A stretch of 64,000 nucleotides of DNA, taken from the NCBI RefSeq assembly GCF_006345805.1, contig NC_043000.1:64542001-64606000 (forward strand). The letters are read 5' to 3'. Source of the stretch: Octopus sinensis. Its lineage: Eukaryota. The position numbers and the translations under genes were made by a program. Positions 51,624-64,000 of the stretch are shown in pieces; the first letter of the stretch is position 1, and each line of letters opens with the position of its first letter. Below the pieces are notes generated by a model. It worked only from the letters and a program-made list of their open reading frames with translations, made no database searches and was not told the DNA's origin.

Positions 51624-53609
51624 ACAGGACAAACTATCAACTTCAGTTTTAATTTTTAAAATATCTATCTAATCTACCTACCTACACAGACTCTCTCACT
51701 CTCTCAAAACGAACAAACCATTGTGCCATGGCACCGTTTATTTTCCTCGCTTGACGTAGGCCCAAATGTTTTCCACTTGTTGAGTATTATTAAAAACAAT
51801 TTTATTTAAACATTGTTAGCAATTTTTGAGGGTCGTGAGTTCGATAAAAAAAAATACACACGTGGAGGCTGACTTTAATTTAAGTGTTATTAATAACATT
51901 CAACAAGAGGAAATAGATCTTTTGTGTTTGGTTGAACCTGTGGCAACTTCTAAGTTTACTGAAAATTTTAAAATGTGGTGTGTTGATGTAATTTTCCATG
52001 CTGAATCTCAGGAGATATTTCACTTATTCCAGAATTTTTTTTTTAAGTTACAGTTTTAAAGTTTGATCATTTTTACCTGGTCAGAAAACAGGATTTGGAA
52101 GCTGTTATTTTGTGCTTGACAGCACGTGTTGTCAACTGTAAACAAATGAAACATTGGTGGAATTCTGCTTTACGCACGCTATATAACCCTTCGTAACTTT
52201 ATTTTTATTTTTTGCGAGTTTGTATTCTACACACGGGAATTCATACGATTATGCAAAAACCAAAACAAGCAAAAAATTTGGTGCGTGATTTAAGGCCTAT
52301 TTGTTATTATTTTTAGTACATCTCACAACCACCATTTGATATGTGAAAATTACCTGCGTGAGTAAATAGCTTGGTAACAGCTTGGCTTGTTACTATGGAA
52401 ACAGGTATGAATGTGTCTGTGTCTTACGATTGGCTAAACTTGCCCAGAATTTGAAAACTTTAAAAACTATTAACTCTTTATTTATTGATTTATAGCGAAA
52501 ATGAATTTCATGTCAATGATTAGCATACAAAACTACATCATTATAGTTTATATGAAGTCAATTGGAACAGAAATTGAAAAATTGCAGTCAAATAGAAAAG
52601 ATCGGAGGAAAACACTTGGGTCTGCATCAAGCGAGGAAATAAGTGCTGTGACATAATGTTTCATGTTTTTAGACTTGTGGTGCAGTTTAAGGAAAATTTG
52701 GTTGGTATTTCTAGAAGGTCAAGAGAGCATGAAAAGGTTTCGTCTCCATGACAATGGAGATCAGTACATGCTTTATGCCGGCAATGGAAGTTTTCAATTA
52801 GCTAACATTACATAAATCTAAATGCTTTTGACTTTCTTATTAATTTCTGGAAAAACTAAGTGTGATTTTCGTCTTCAGCATACAAAAACTACATCAGAAC
52901 TTTATTTTTTGAAGATAATCTGGTGAAAATTTGAAAAACTTTGAGCGGATGGAATATAACAAAACCCAACATCACTTATAACATATAATTTTGAAGCTCT
53001 TAGTGAGTGTCCATGCAGTAATAAAATCATTATACTATCACTTCAATGCAGTAGTATAGACATTGGTTGAAACCTGGTCGCCACTATATGTAATTAAAAG
53101 GAACACGCATAAACTTGTGCGTTCGAAAACTGAAGTTCAATATTTACGTTGAATAGAAACTATTCGATATTCAGCAATTATTGTTCCTCGTTACAATACA
53201 GACAAATCAATGATATTAGCAATAATTTCACAATTGATTGAGTGGAACCTATGTGAAACTGATCTAATCACAATTAAAAAAATCTACAAAACGGCATTAT
53301 GATGAAAATAGACTGAATTTCGTTGTTTATCTCCAGGGCAGTCATGATTGAGAAGACTGAAAGTCAAAATCATTCTAAAATCCGTGATCATTGTCTTATT
53401 TTCATCGCAATACATATAAGATTGCATTATCTAGTTATTCAGTGTGTCCTTGCCTTTTTTTTTTAAGGCGATAAAAATGTTATTTGTAGATTTAAGCTTT
53501 CGTACCTTCATTGCTTTGTGACATGTGTGTGTGTCTATAAGCATACATACATACATACATACATACATACATACATACATACATACATACATACATACAT
53601 ACATACATG

Positions 53610-53770
53610 GAGGGGGGACAAACACAGACGCACACGATGGGCTTCTTTCAGTTTCCGTCTGCTAAATCCACTCACAAGGCTTTGGTCGCACTGGAGCTAT
53701 AGCAGACGATACTTGCCCAATGTGCCACGCAGTAAGATTGAACTTAGAACCATGTGGTTGGGAAGCAAGA
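53610..53770 (-). mobile_element. SINE family B 5' part
   Basis: GGGCTTCTTTCAGTTTCCGTCTGCTAAATCCACTCACAAGGC etc. Confidence 0.8.
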
Positions 53771-54068
53771 TATATGTGTGTGTGCGCGCACACACGTACT
53801 TATAGCAGCGACTCTCATAACTTATTGCGATGATTTAAAACATCGAAAACTCCATCTCCATGTAATGTATTGCAAGCAACTTGGTTTGACGGGACATATC
53901 TTGCGCCTCTCGGCACTAACGAAAGAATTTTAACCAAGCACTAATCGTATAATATTCCTGGTACATGCCTATTTTACAGGGATCTTTTCCTTTTGAAAGA
54001 TCCTTTTACAGTGTTGCTCTGCTGGGCTGAACCAGCTTGTGATGTCTATATACACTTGAATCTTTCTT

Positions 54069-54558
<490 letters not shown>

Positions 54559-55560
54559 ATTTAACGAAGGTTAAATGTTTTGTTCACAAACGCACCGCTA
54601 GTGAGACGATAAAAACATTCGGTTATATTCTCCAAACACATCTGCTTTCCTATGATCACTTGTGTAAAATCTTGTACGTTTGATTAATGTTTTCGTCAGT
54701 ACTTTGAAGACTTTCCTTCGCTGGTGAGATTATACAAGCGAAACAGTATCAAAGCTGTCTTTCGTATTTGTCACATAATTATTTCTTGTTAGCTCACTGG
54801 ATAGTTATTTCTAATTAGCTTTTGAATGATCCCCGCCTTAAATATATTAACGTTAATTTAACTATTAGACTATCATCCCAGCTGTCAGCGACTTTAATAC
54901 ATTACATCACAGCCAGTTTGAATATAAGCATATTCAAACATACAGCGCTAATGCATATAAAAAAGAAATGAAATTCGTCCAGCTTAACACTAGTGATATA
55001 TTCTACGGTAGGTATTAAATTTCATTAATACACACTTCATATAAGTTCGCCACTTTGTAACATTCGTTAAGAGTCAAATTAAACATGCTTAAATAGACTG
55101 GCCATAACGAACTATTCGTTGAATACTTGGTAAGCGAAATATTCAACGAGAAAATGTACAAGAAATATATATCATAACTTCGCTAATAATAAAGGAAAGA
55201 AAAATTTACTGCATGGCAAAATTCTACTTTCTTTACCAGATTCTTTCTAAATATAAAACACGAAAACATTATAGAGGTTTACAGCTGTAGGTTACCAACC
55301 AACAATATAGAAAAACTAGATTACCAAAACATTAGCAGCTGGAAATTATGCTGGTCTTTGTGAAAATTGCAAGCGACATATAAATAGTTATTGTGTCGAA
55401 TAGCATAAATGGAGAGACACTTAAGTTTTCAAAATAGTCCTATAAAGAAAGTACAGAAAAATTATACTAAAGAAAAAGACAACAAAAAAACAAAATAGGA
55501 ACTTAGTCATAATAATCATTTCCATCTAAACTATATGAAGTCTCTCTCTCTATATATATA

Positions 55561-55591
<31 letters not shown>

Positions 55592-55888
55592 ATGTATGTA
55601 TGTATGTATGTATGTATGTATGTATGTATGTATGTATGTATGTATGTATGTATGTATGTATGTATGTATGTATGTATGTATACACGCGCGCGCATTCATG
55701 TGTAGTTAAAATTTTTAAAAACATCAAAAAAATTAACTGGCAGTATAACTCCACCAAATGTAAAGTTTTACAAAGAAAAACAGTCGAATGTAACTTCGAA
55801 GTTGCACTGCAAAAGGGAAAACACTTGCTCTTGGCAAACCTTCGAAGTTACAATTCTATCGTCGTCTGTCTGTATATATAGATATTTA

Positions 55889-55954
<66 letters not shown>

Positions 55955-56679
55955 AGAATAAAAGCATAAACAGCCAACAACGAGTGTCATATCAGATTAT
56001 GATATATTTATACTAAATACTGCATATAAAGAAAAACAAATAAAGCAGGAGGTCAGGAAAAGTTTCGACTGTGAAATTTCTTTATAGTTGCGATGTAAAC
56101 AGATAGACACCAAGATGAGGTAGAAAGAACGGTCATAGTGTTGAAATCACTTAGATTGGTAGGCAGATGAATAATGTCACAGGTAAAAAAAAAAAAAGAA
56201 CAAAAGATTTGGAAATGAGAGAGAAGACCTTTACAGCTGTTTCTAGAACGGTTGCGTAATTGGTGCCATTCACGGTGAGTTGCCTGCATTGAAATTTTGT
56301 TCAACGTATGCCATCATCGATGCATTGCCTTCAGTCAATCTTACTTTAGGAAGCTATCACATCCCTGCATTTAAAGCTGGACTTTAGAAACAAATTTGAC
56401 ACGAGCTCTAAATTGTATGTACCTAATATATAACATCGTTCATCATTGTATTATCCACGATATACATACATACAATCTTTGAAAAGAGAACGAGAAGTAG
56501 TGACATATATGCCTATACAAAGTTATATGCATTGTGAGAAGTGAAATGGCTACAAATAGAAATCGATAGTGTACCAAAATCGGTTAGTCAACCAGGTGGT
56601 TTACCTTTTATTCTGAATCACTCACCAGATACGCGCACGCATGCTTGTAATAATTCCCTGACATCCTGGCTCAGGCACT

Positions 56680-57335
56680 TTATTACTATTGGTAGAATCA
56701 TTAAAGCAGTATTTAGTTTCGATTCTTTACATTCTGAGTTCAAATCCTGCAGAGGTTAACTTCGTCTTTCATCTTTCCGGGGTCAATAAAAATACCAATC
56801 AAGTACGAGAGTCGATATAGTCTACTAACTCTCACCCAAATTTCAGGTCTTGTACCAATTTAAGATACAGTTATCATTATTATTTTTAAGGCGACGAACT
56901 AGCAGAATCGTAAACATGCTGAACGAAATGCTAAACAGTGTTTTGCTCGTCGCTACGTTCTGAGTTCAAATTCCGCCAAGGTCGACTTTGCCTTCCATCC
57001 TTTCAGGATTGATAAATTAAGTAGCAGTTAAGCACTGGGGATGATATAATCTACTATCCTCCTCCTCCTCCAAATTTCAGACCTTGTGCCTATAGTAGAA
57101 AGGATTATTATTATTATTTCCGGTCTTTAAGGTAGTAAGCTGGCAGAATTATAAGCACGTTGGATAAAATGATTAACGGCATTTTCTTCCGACTCATTAC
57201 GTTCAGTTCAAATTGCACTGAGACTGACTTTTCTTTGCATCCTTTCAGAGGTCAGTACTATAAGAGTCATTTAAGTACTGGGGGGTCGATGTAATCGACT
57301 AGCTGCCTCTCATCAAATTATGCCTGAATTAGAAA
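56680..57335 (+). mobile_element. Three tandem family A SINE monomers separated by (TTA)n
   Basis: B-box GAGTTCAAAT at ~56735, ~56962 and ~57203, each followed by body and tail II. Confidence 0.8.
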
Positions 57336-60137
57336 GAATTATTTAGTGTTTTTATTAAATCTTTCCATTACTGTACCGTATTTTCCGGCATACAAGTCTA
57401 TGTAATATAATAATATAAACATTCAAACATTGTCACTGTCTTTCCAAATCCTGCTGTATTTTACCTGGATAGCAGAATCGAAAGAGCCAGGACTGGCGTT
57501 GGGAAGTGCGGGGTCCAATAAGAGAATTGTCAATAGGTCCCTCTATTCAACAAAAGCTGAAGATTGATGTTTTATGCTTCGTGTAGTTTGCCCAAGGTGT
57601 CACGCAATGGGACTCGGGATCATGTTGTTGGGAAGCAAGCTTCTTATCACACACCTAAGCCAAAAGTTCTGTATTTAAAGTGAATGGTGTGGCATACGAA
57701 TAAAACACTGATATCTATGCATATGTATCGACGATGAAAATTCAGACAGATGTAATTTTAATGTAATTCTCAGGCAGAGCCAGCGTGACGCAGTGTGTGG
57801 GAAACCTGTACCGTTTAGAGTATAGGAACAATTCACTCAATAGCTTTCTATAGTTTCCATGTACCCGATTTCACTCACAGAATACAAGTCAATCCAATAC
57901 TATAGTAAATGGAATGAGCCCGAAATGTCACGCAGTGGGATACAATTAGGGACGTCGTAGTTGCAAAGCGAACTTTTCAACTATTCGGCCGTTCTGCGCC
58001 TACAACTTACTGTGTGAAATGTGAATTTCATTATCCTTTGTCCATTCAGAGAAGGAAATACTGTTTGTAGAAATGTATTTAGGTGCGAACGATTGTTGCT
58101 GGTTGTGATGTTTAATTCCAAGTTAACCTTGATCATGTAGATTATAGTCGAAGACATTCTATCCATGAGCATCCTATCTTTTTTGAGTATCTAAGACATT
58201 ATCTAATCATGCCCGTCGCTAAGGGGGTACACTGAGTCGCAGTGTCCCCTCATTGATCAATACTACACCCTCAGATTTAGAAAATACAGTTTACAAAATT
58301 CTTCCCGCAATACAAATTAGTGCTCACCCAGAATATTCTAAAGCATCCCAGGCACCAAGGTCTGGCGATGGGCCAGTATCTAATGTCTCCTTTCCTTTGT
58401 TAAGACAGCACTGTGTGGCCTGAGGAAGACTTGGTTGTCATTTTTAGTAAGTAGAGCGATCCTGTCAAAGCTAATTATATGATTTGTCTGGGATCGCTGA
58501 GAAAAGCTTACCAAGGTACAGTTGGAAATTGTTTGACATTTTGTTTTTATTTATTTGAAGCTGCTCGGGGTCATGGGGTCGCAAGGTCAAGATCCCTGTC
58601 TAAGGTTGTTTTGAAATATATAATGTATTGTTGTGCTTTAGCTCCAAGTCAGTCCTCGTTGAGTAGATCAAAGGACTTCCTAGGCCTATCAGTTTATCTG
58701 TATATCAGTGATTGTACTGTCCTTCGTCATCTGTCCCAAAGACGTTGGGGGTGTAATTTAAAAATCTAGCAATTTTTTTTTGCCAACAGATCAGGCGACC
58801 ACTAAGAGGATTCTTCGTCGACTCATTTAAATGTTATTGTTTAGCTCCAGGTCAACCTTGATCGAGCAGGCCTATGATAAAAGACAATCTACTCGTGACT
58901 ACCTCGTCTTTTCAGATATTTTATATCTTTAATAGAATGAATATCAGGTTTAAAAAGAAAAATTGGCACTGGGGTCGAGATATTCAGCAAAACCCTTCAA
59001 ACCGATGCTCCAACATGGTCGCAGCCCAATGGGCTGAAATAAGTAAAAGGTAAAAAGTATGTGTTAAACATTCAAAAACGAAGCGTTACGGTGCACTGGT
59101 TGTAAAAAAACACGATTCAAGGTTTACAAAATCAGAGCATTATACTAATTGAGTATCTTGAAAAACGTGGCTTTCCTAATTTTCGCATATTTTTCACAGG
59201 TAGTAAGCTAACCTTACATTGTTTTTCTAGACATTACACTCTCCTCTACTAAACAGCCTTCCCTTCTATATTACACACATAGTACCCCCTCCTTTATATA
59301 TATATATTTTATATGTATATGTATGCATGTGTGTATATACACACACATATCTGACCGTTTCTCATGCTTGTTTCTCTATCACTCTTTCTGTTCTCACATT
59401 GCTCCGGAATGTCTTACACTTTTTTTACTTTCACACACACCTTCCCTAGCAAACACTTACTCTCTAGACATAAAATTTATTGTATTAGTTACGGCATCTT
59501 ATAATACGGTAAAAGGCGCACTTCTTACCGCCTCTTCTTCCTTTCTTTCTTTCTCTCGTGCTCTACCCCTCCTACACTGTTGTATTTATACTTTTTTTTT
59601 TATATTTCTTTCTCTTATTTTGTCTCCACGGCTCTCACTTTTCTTCTCCCCTCTTTCAATATCATTCTTTCTCTGTTTTCTCATTACATTTTTTTACTCT
59701 ATCTTCAACTTATGTAATAATATCTTATTCAACTGTCAGATTTCTTTCTTTCTTTTGTCGTTTTTTTTTTCTTTTTACATATTTACATATTACAGTTCGA
59801 CCTCAGTACATATTTTTACTCCCGATTGCTGAACCGCTATTTTACGAGGAGGTAAACACACCAATATCAGTTGTCAGGCGGTGGTAGGGGGACAAATACA
59901 GCACACATGCAAATATATGGACGATCCTTCGGTATTGGTCTCCTAGGTGTCGGTATGAGGTGACGTCGTCATTTACCTCTTCTTCAGCCTTGCCTCTTTT
60001 CCTATGCCATAGGAGGAAGGCTGTGCAAGTGAATGATATCATGTACCAATACCGAAGCATTGCACACACACAGAACATAATTATAAACATATACACTGAC
60101 AGGGACTGTGATTGTCCGAAAACACCGTTCGAGAATT

Positions 60138-60187
60138 CATTATACTGTCAGTCAGTTTAGGCAATTTTTGTTGGCTCATCAGTAAGG
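60138..60187 (-). ncRNA. Type I hammerhead relic in the left arm of an inverted repeat
   Basis: CCTTA CTGATGA GCCAA-CAAAAA-TTGCC TAAA CTG-ACTGA-CAG TA TAATG. Three substitutions from a perfect fold. The inverted partner arm (60292-60331) retains TAAGG, restoring helix I. Confidence 0.55.
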
Positions 60188-60729
60188 ACTGGCTCGACTT
60201 CGGCAGAATCCGGACTTAATTCTCTATCAGTATATATGCTTTCATCATAGAAATCTATGGATGATTTAGCGAATCGCTAATGCGTATACAGAACTAACTA
60301 TCAGTATAAGGAATTCTCGAACAGTGTTTTCAGACGATTACAGTTCCTGCCAGCATATAAGTGTACGATTATGTGCTATGACTACTGCTTTAGAGCATTT
60401 TAGCTCTTATTTATAGCAATGTAGGTTTTTCTAACACCCTGGTTACATTTAGTGACAATTATAGTTTTCCTTTTTGGTGAAACGTTGCAAACTGCTGTCT
60501 TCATTAATTTTCTATATATGTGTGTGTGTACACACACACACACACATATATATATAAATATCAGGGGAGAACTCACAAAAAAAAAAAAAAAAGACGAAGA
60601 CAGGTGGTGTAGACAACAAACAGATGTATGCTTGGGAAGTAAAAAAGTCTTTAACGTTTTGAGCCCATGCTCTTCTACAGAAAGAAACAAGGAGAGAAAA
60701 TAAAGAATTGTAGTGGCTAGCGATCTATC

Positions 60730-60812
60730 ATGGCGAATACCAGACAGAAGGGTCACACAGAGGAGCTAGGGAGAAGGGGAGATAATAAAGTGGTGGTGAT
60801 CCCAAAACGAAG
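60730..60812 (+). CDS. Candidate first coding exon MANTRQKGHTEELGRRGDNKVVVIPKR
   Basis: ATCATGGCG start context and AAG/GTGTGC donor, located right at the CpG-depletion boundary. Product not recognised. Confidence 0.25.
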
Positions 60813-62094
60813 GTGTGCGTGCGTGTGTATAAGAGAGTTTGTATGTGCGAGTGGAAGAGGGCTGGTGATCTTGACATATCAAAAGAAATTATATATTTCA
60901 TGGTTTTCTAAAAACTTTCAGCGATCTTACTGTTTTCAAAATGACTGGAAGTTCCATGTATGTATATATATATATATTACAGCAGTATCAGGACCAACCA
61001 GTGTTTATGCATAAGTGACCTTTAGATTAGTTAAAATATGTTTGTAATGTATTTCAACTTCTAAAGGCATTTACTGCAGTTACTATGAAGGAAAAATTCT
61101 CTCTTATGGTAAAAAGGTGTAAAAGCACCATATCTGTTCAGTACTGCTTCGTATTGGATTCTCAGAAGCATTTCAAGCCCTTTAGCCATTATCAATGAGA
61201 ATTACCAAAGAGAAGCAACTCTGGACAGATTTATTTAAGGTTGTGGCTTTAACTAAAAAACAGTCAACAGCACAGACTGAGTTGTACCAGGTCAGAAAAA
61301 ATTTACTGCAGTATCAGCACCAAACAGTGTATATATTCAAATATGAAGTAGAAGCAGTGATAGTGTAATAAACATTATTGACCACACATACTTAATGCAT
61401 GAGCAATGTGTATTTGCTGGTAGGATGTGGTTCTATGCATTCTTTCTTTTTCACATGACTGCTATTATCTTTGTAGTATTTATATCTATTTTCTTCTGCA
61501 CTACTTCTTCCCTCAGAGTAATGGAACATGTCTCTTTGCTCATTTTAGCTTGTCTGAAGAAACAGTTACACACTGTGAAAACTTCTGAGCAATAGATCAC
61601 TGAGCCAGCCTAAATAAATTCAGCCTCTTTCTCACTCTTTCTCAGTATGTGTGTGTATGTGTATTTGTGTGTAAAGGACAACTACTCAAATGAAAATCAT
61701 AATTTTGGTGAGTATGAATCCGATAAGAAGCACGCTTCAAAAGCAACAAATTCATGTACCTGATGACAAATATGATGAGGATTACTTAAAATTTGATTTT
61801 TCTTGAACTTGTATATGAATATAAAATGACCACTGAATCATTGCTTCTTTACCATTTAGAAAGATATTTTAAAACTAAACACTCCTATCTTGAAGAAAAG
61901 ATTCAAATCATTTAAAGACCGTACGAACAACAAACCAAATGGGCAAATATTTTTAAAAGTATCATAACACTTTCTGAAACGGTTCAAATTACATCTTATA
62001 AAATATATAAACTGGCTGCATAAAAAATTAAATCTTATATTTTGGCAGACTCAGTTATTTTGCCAGCATGTAGAAAGATTAAGATAATGATTTC

Positions 62095-62300
62095 AAATGT
62101 TGACTCAAGGCCAGCAATTTTGAGGGAAGTGGGTAAGTCAATTACTTCAACTCCAGTACTTGACTGGTGCCTAGTTTATTGACTCCCCCCACCACCACCG
62201 TGTGAAAAGGATGAAAGACACAGTCAAACTTGTTGAAATTTGACCTAAGAACATAAAGAGCAGAAAGAAAAGCATTTTATCCAACATGCTAATAAATCTG
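62095..62300 (-). mobile_element. Degenerate SINE family A, CpG-decayed
   Basis: CAAGGCCAGCAATTTTG..AAAAGGATGAAAGACACAGTCAAAC..GAAATTTGACC. Confidence 0.6.
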
Positions 62301-62436
62301 AGATCTCAATGTTATTGCCAAGATATGTAAAAGAAGCGATTATATTATGACATAATCCATGAATAACTGATCCTTGGGATCAGCTGGAGATACAGTAGAC
62401 TGACAGTCATCAGGTTCTGTTTTGAACCTTGGTGGT

Positions 62437-62715
62437 CATCATCATCATCATCATCGACATTTAATGTCCATTTTCCATGCTGGCATATGTTGGATGGCTT
62501 GACAGGAACTGGCAAGGCCAAGAGCTACACCAGGTTCCATAGTCTGTTTTAGCTTGGTTTCTACAGTTGGATGCCCTTCCTTATGCCAACCACTTTACAG
62601 AGTTCATTGGATGCTTTTTATGTGGCACCATCACCAGGGTTTTTTATGTGGTACCATCATTAGTGCTTTTTACGTGGCACCAGCACCAGTGCTTTGTACA
62701 TGGCACAAGCACATC
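62437..62715 (-). mobile_element. SINE-like family F with internal ~24-bp tandem repeats
   Basis: (CAT)n then ACATTTAATGTCC..GGATGCCCTTCC..CCAACCACTTTACAGAG; repeats of GCTTTTTATGTGGCACCA. Confidence 0.7.
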
Positions 62716-62967
62716 AATACTTGTCTCTCTTGTGGGTTCTTGCACCCACAAGAGTAAACAAGAGAGACAGCAACAGGCAGAAATAAGGAAAATGCCCTTT
62801 GTATTTGAATCCTATACAAATATTATTTTTAAAAACTTTTCTTTTAATTTGTCCAAAATTTAATTGTTTTCCATACTTACAGTTGAAAAAGTCTCAATGA
62901 CTGAAACTAGTACTGACATGTTTTTTATAAAATTATTTTAGCATTTTCTACCTTGACTTTTTTTTCC

Positions 62968-63003
<36 letters not shown>

Positions 63004-63039
63004 ATTGTGAGTATGTATCTATATATATGTGTGTGTGTG

Positions 63040-63250
63040 TCTTTGTGGGTGTTTCCCCCATCACCACTTGACAACTGGTATTGGTGTGTTTATGTCCTCA
63101 TAACTTAGTTGTTCAGTAAAAGTGACCATTAGAATAAGTACTAACCTTAAGAAATAAGTCCTGGGGTCGATTTGTTCAACTAAAGCCCTTCAAGGTGGTG
63201 CTCCAGCATGGCTGCAGTCAAATGACTGAAACAAGTAAAAGAATAAAAGA
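63040..63250 (+). mobile_element. SINE family B 3' half, CpG-decayed
   Basis: Matches the 8575-8752 tail with CG to TG/CA changes. Confidence 0.85.
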
Positions 63251-63540
63251 ATGTTCCAGCATTGAAAAAAAAAAACTCATTAACAGCCTTCAAGTCCATG
63301 TTTCACACAAGCATGACTAATAAAACATGACAAACAATAGTTTTCTATAATTTTCTCTAAATTTCCCAACTTTAAAACACGTTTTTTTGTTATGTATTTG
63401 TTTTACAAGATTCTTGATGTGAATTCATGTGTTGAAACAGATATTGTTATACTTAGGGATGGTCGTATTATGTCAATTAAACACATGTACAGTATATTTG
63501 GTCTTCACTTCAGCTTCATTATTATTATTCTAGCTTCTTT

Positions 63541-63585
63541 GTCAGAAAGCTCTTTCGTCACACACCTTGTGACCTCATCAGTGAC
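63541..63585 (-). ncRNA. Near-intact minimal type I hammerhead ribozyme
   Basis: GTCA CTGATGA G GTCACA-AGGTG-TGTGAC GAAA G-AGCT-T TC TGAC. Helix I is 4 bp, helix II 6 bp, with a self-complementary helix III loop and a UC cleavage site. Confidence 0.7.
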
Positions 63586-63739
63586 TCTCTATCCCATGTG
63601 TCTACTCTTGTTCTACATATTCTATTTGCTTTTGCACTTTCCATGTTGCACAGAAAAATGAAATATAATAGAAATCATGTCCAGTAAGTTCACTACAGGG
63701 AAAGTTCACCGTCACTAATTCACCGTTTCTTTTTTAAAC

Positions 63740-64000
63740 TCTTTTACTTGTTTCAGTCATTTGACTGTGGCCATGCTGGAGCACTGCCTTTTGTCGAGCA
63801 AATTGACCCCAGGACTTATTCTTTGTAAGCCTAGTACTTATTCTATCGGTCTCTTTTGCAGAACCACTAAGTTACGGCAATGTAAACACATCAGCATCAG
63901 TTGTCAAGCGATGTTGGGGGACAAACATAGACACACACACATATATATATACATATATACGCTGGGCTTCTTCCAGTTTCCGTCTACCAAATCCATTCTT
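63740..64000 (-). mobile_element. SINE family B (cut by window edge)
   Basis: Tail through start of core. Confidence 0.88.

Noticed and set aside
52389-52402. RFX X-box-like GTTACTATGGAAAC and palindromic E-box at ~52110
   Set aside because: No linked gene start; probably internal to a decayed DNA element.
59323-59887. Hydrophobic 169-aa and 109-aa ORFs
   Set aside because: Products of a pyrimidine-rich low-complexity tract.

Overview
AT-rich, repeat-dominated animal genomic DNA. The tRNA-derived SINE families and extreme microsatellite load suggest an octopus or other coleoid cephalopod (inference, not verified). No intact recognisable protein-coding gene is present, and most ORF-track entries are microsatellite translations. 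The window holds many copies of at least four SINE-like families (my labels A, B, D, F), decayed transposase relics (two mariner, one Tc1, one hAT), L1/Tx1-type ORF1 and ORF2 fragments, an RTE 3' fragment, several MITE-like foldbacks and a Helitron-type 3' end. The most notable signal is a set of type I hammerhead-ribozyme motifs. Several sit as outward-facing pairs in the arms of short palindromic elements of unrelated sequence (11.3 kb, 22.7 kb, 60.1 kb, probably 51.5 kb), and one near-intact minimal motif lies at 63.5 kb. Other highlights are SINE-A multimers bounded by a single target-site duplication, two convergent LINE ORF1 paralog fragments patched into one SINE, a 173-bp flank shared by two MITE copies 17 kb apart, and a sharp CpG-depletion step at about 60.9 kb that may mark the start of a methylated gene body. 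All alignments, folds and counts were done by eye, and many element boundaries are approximate.
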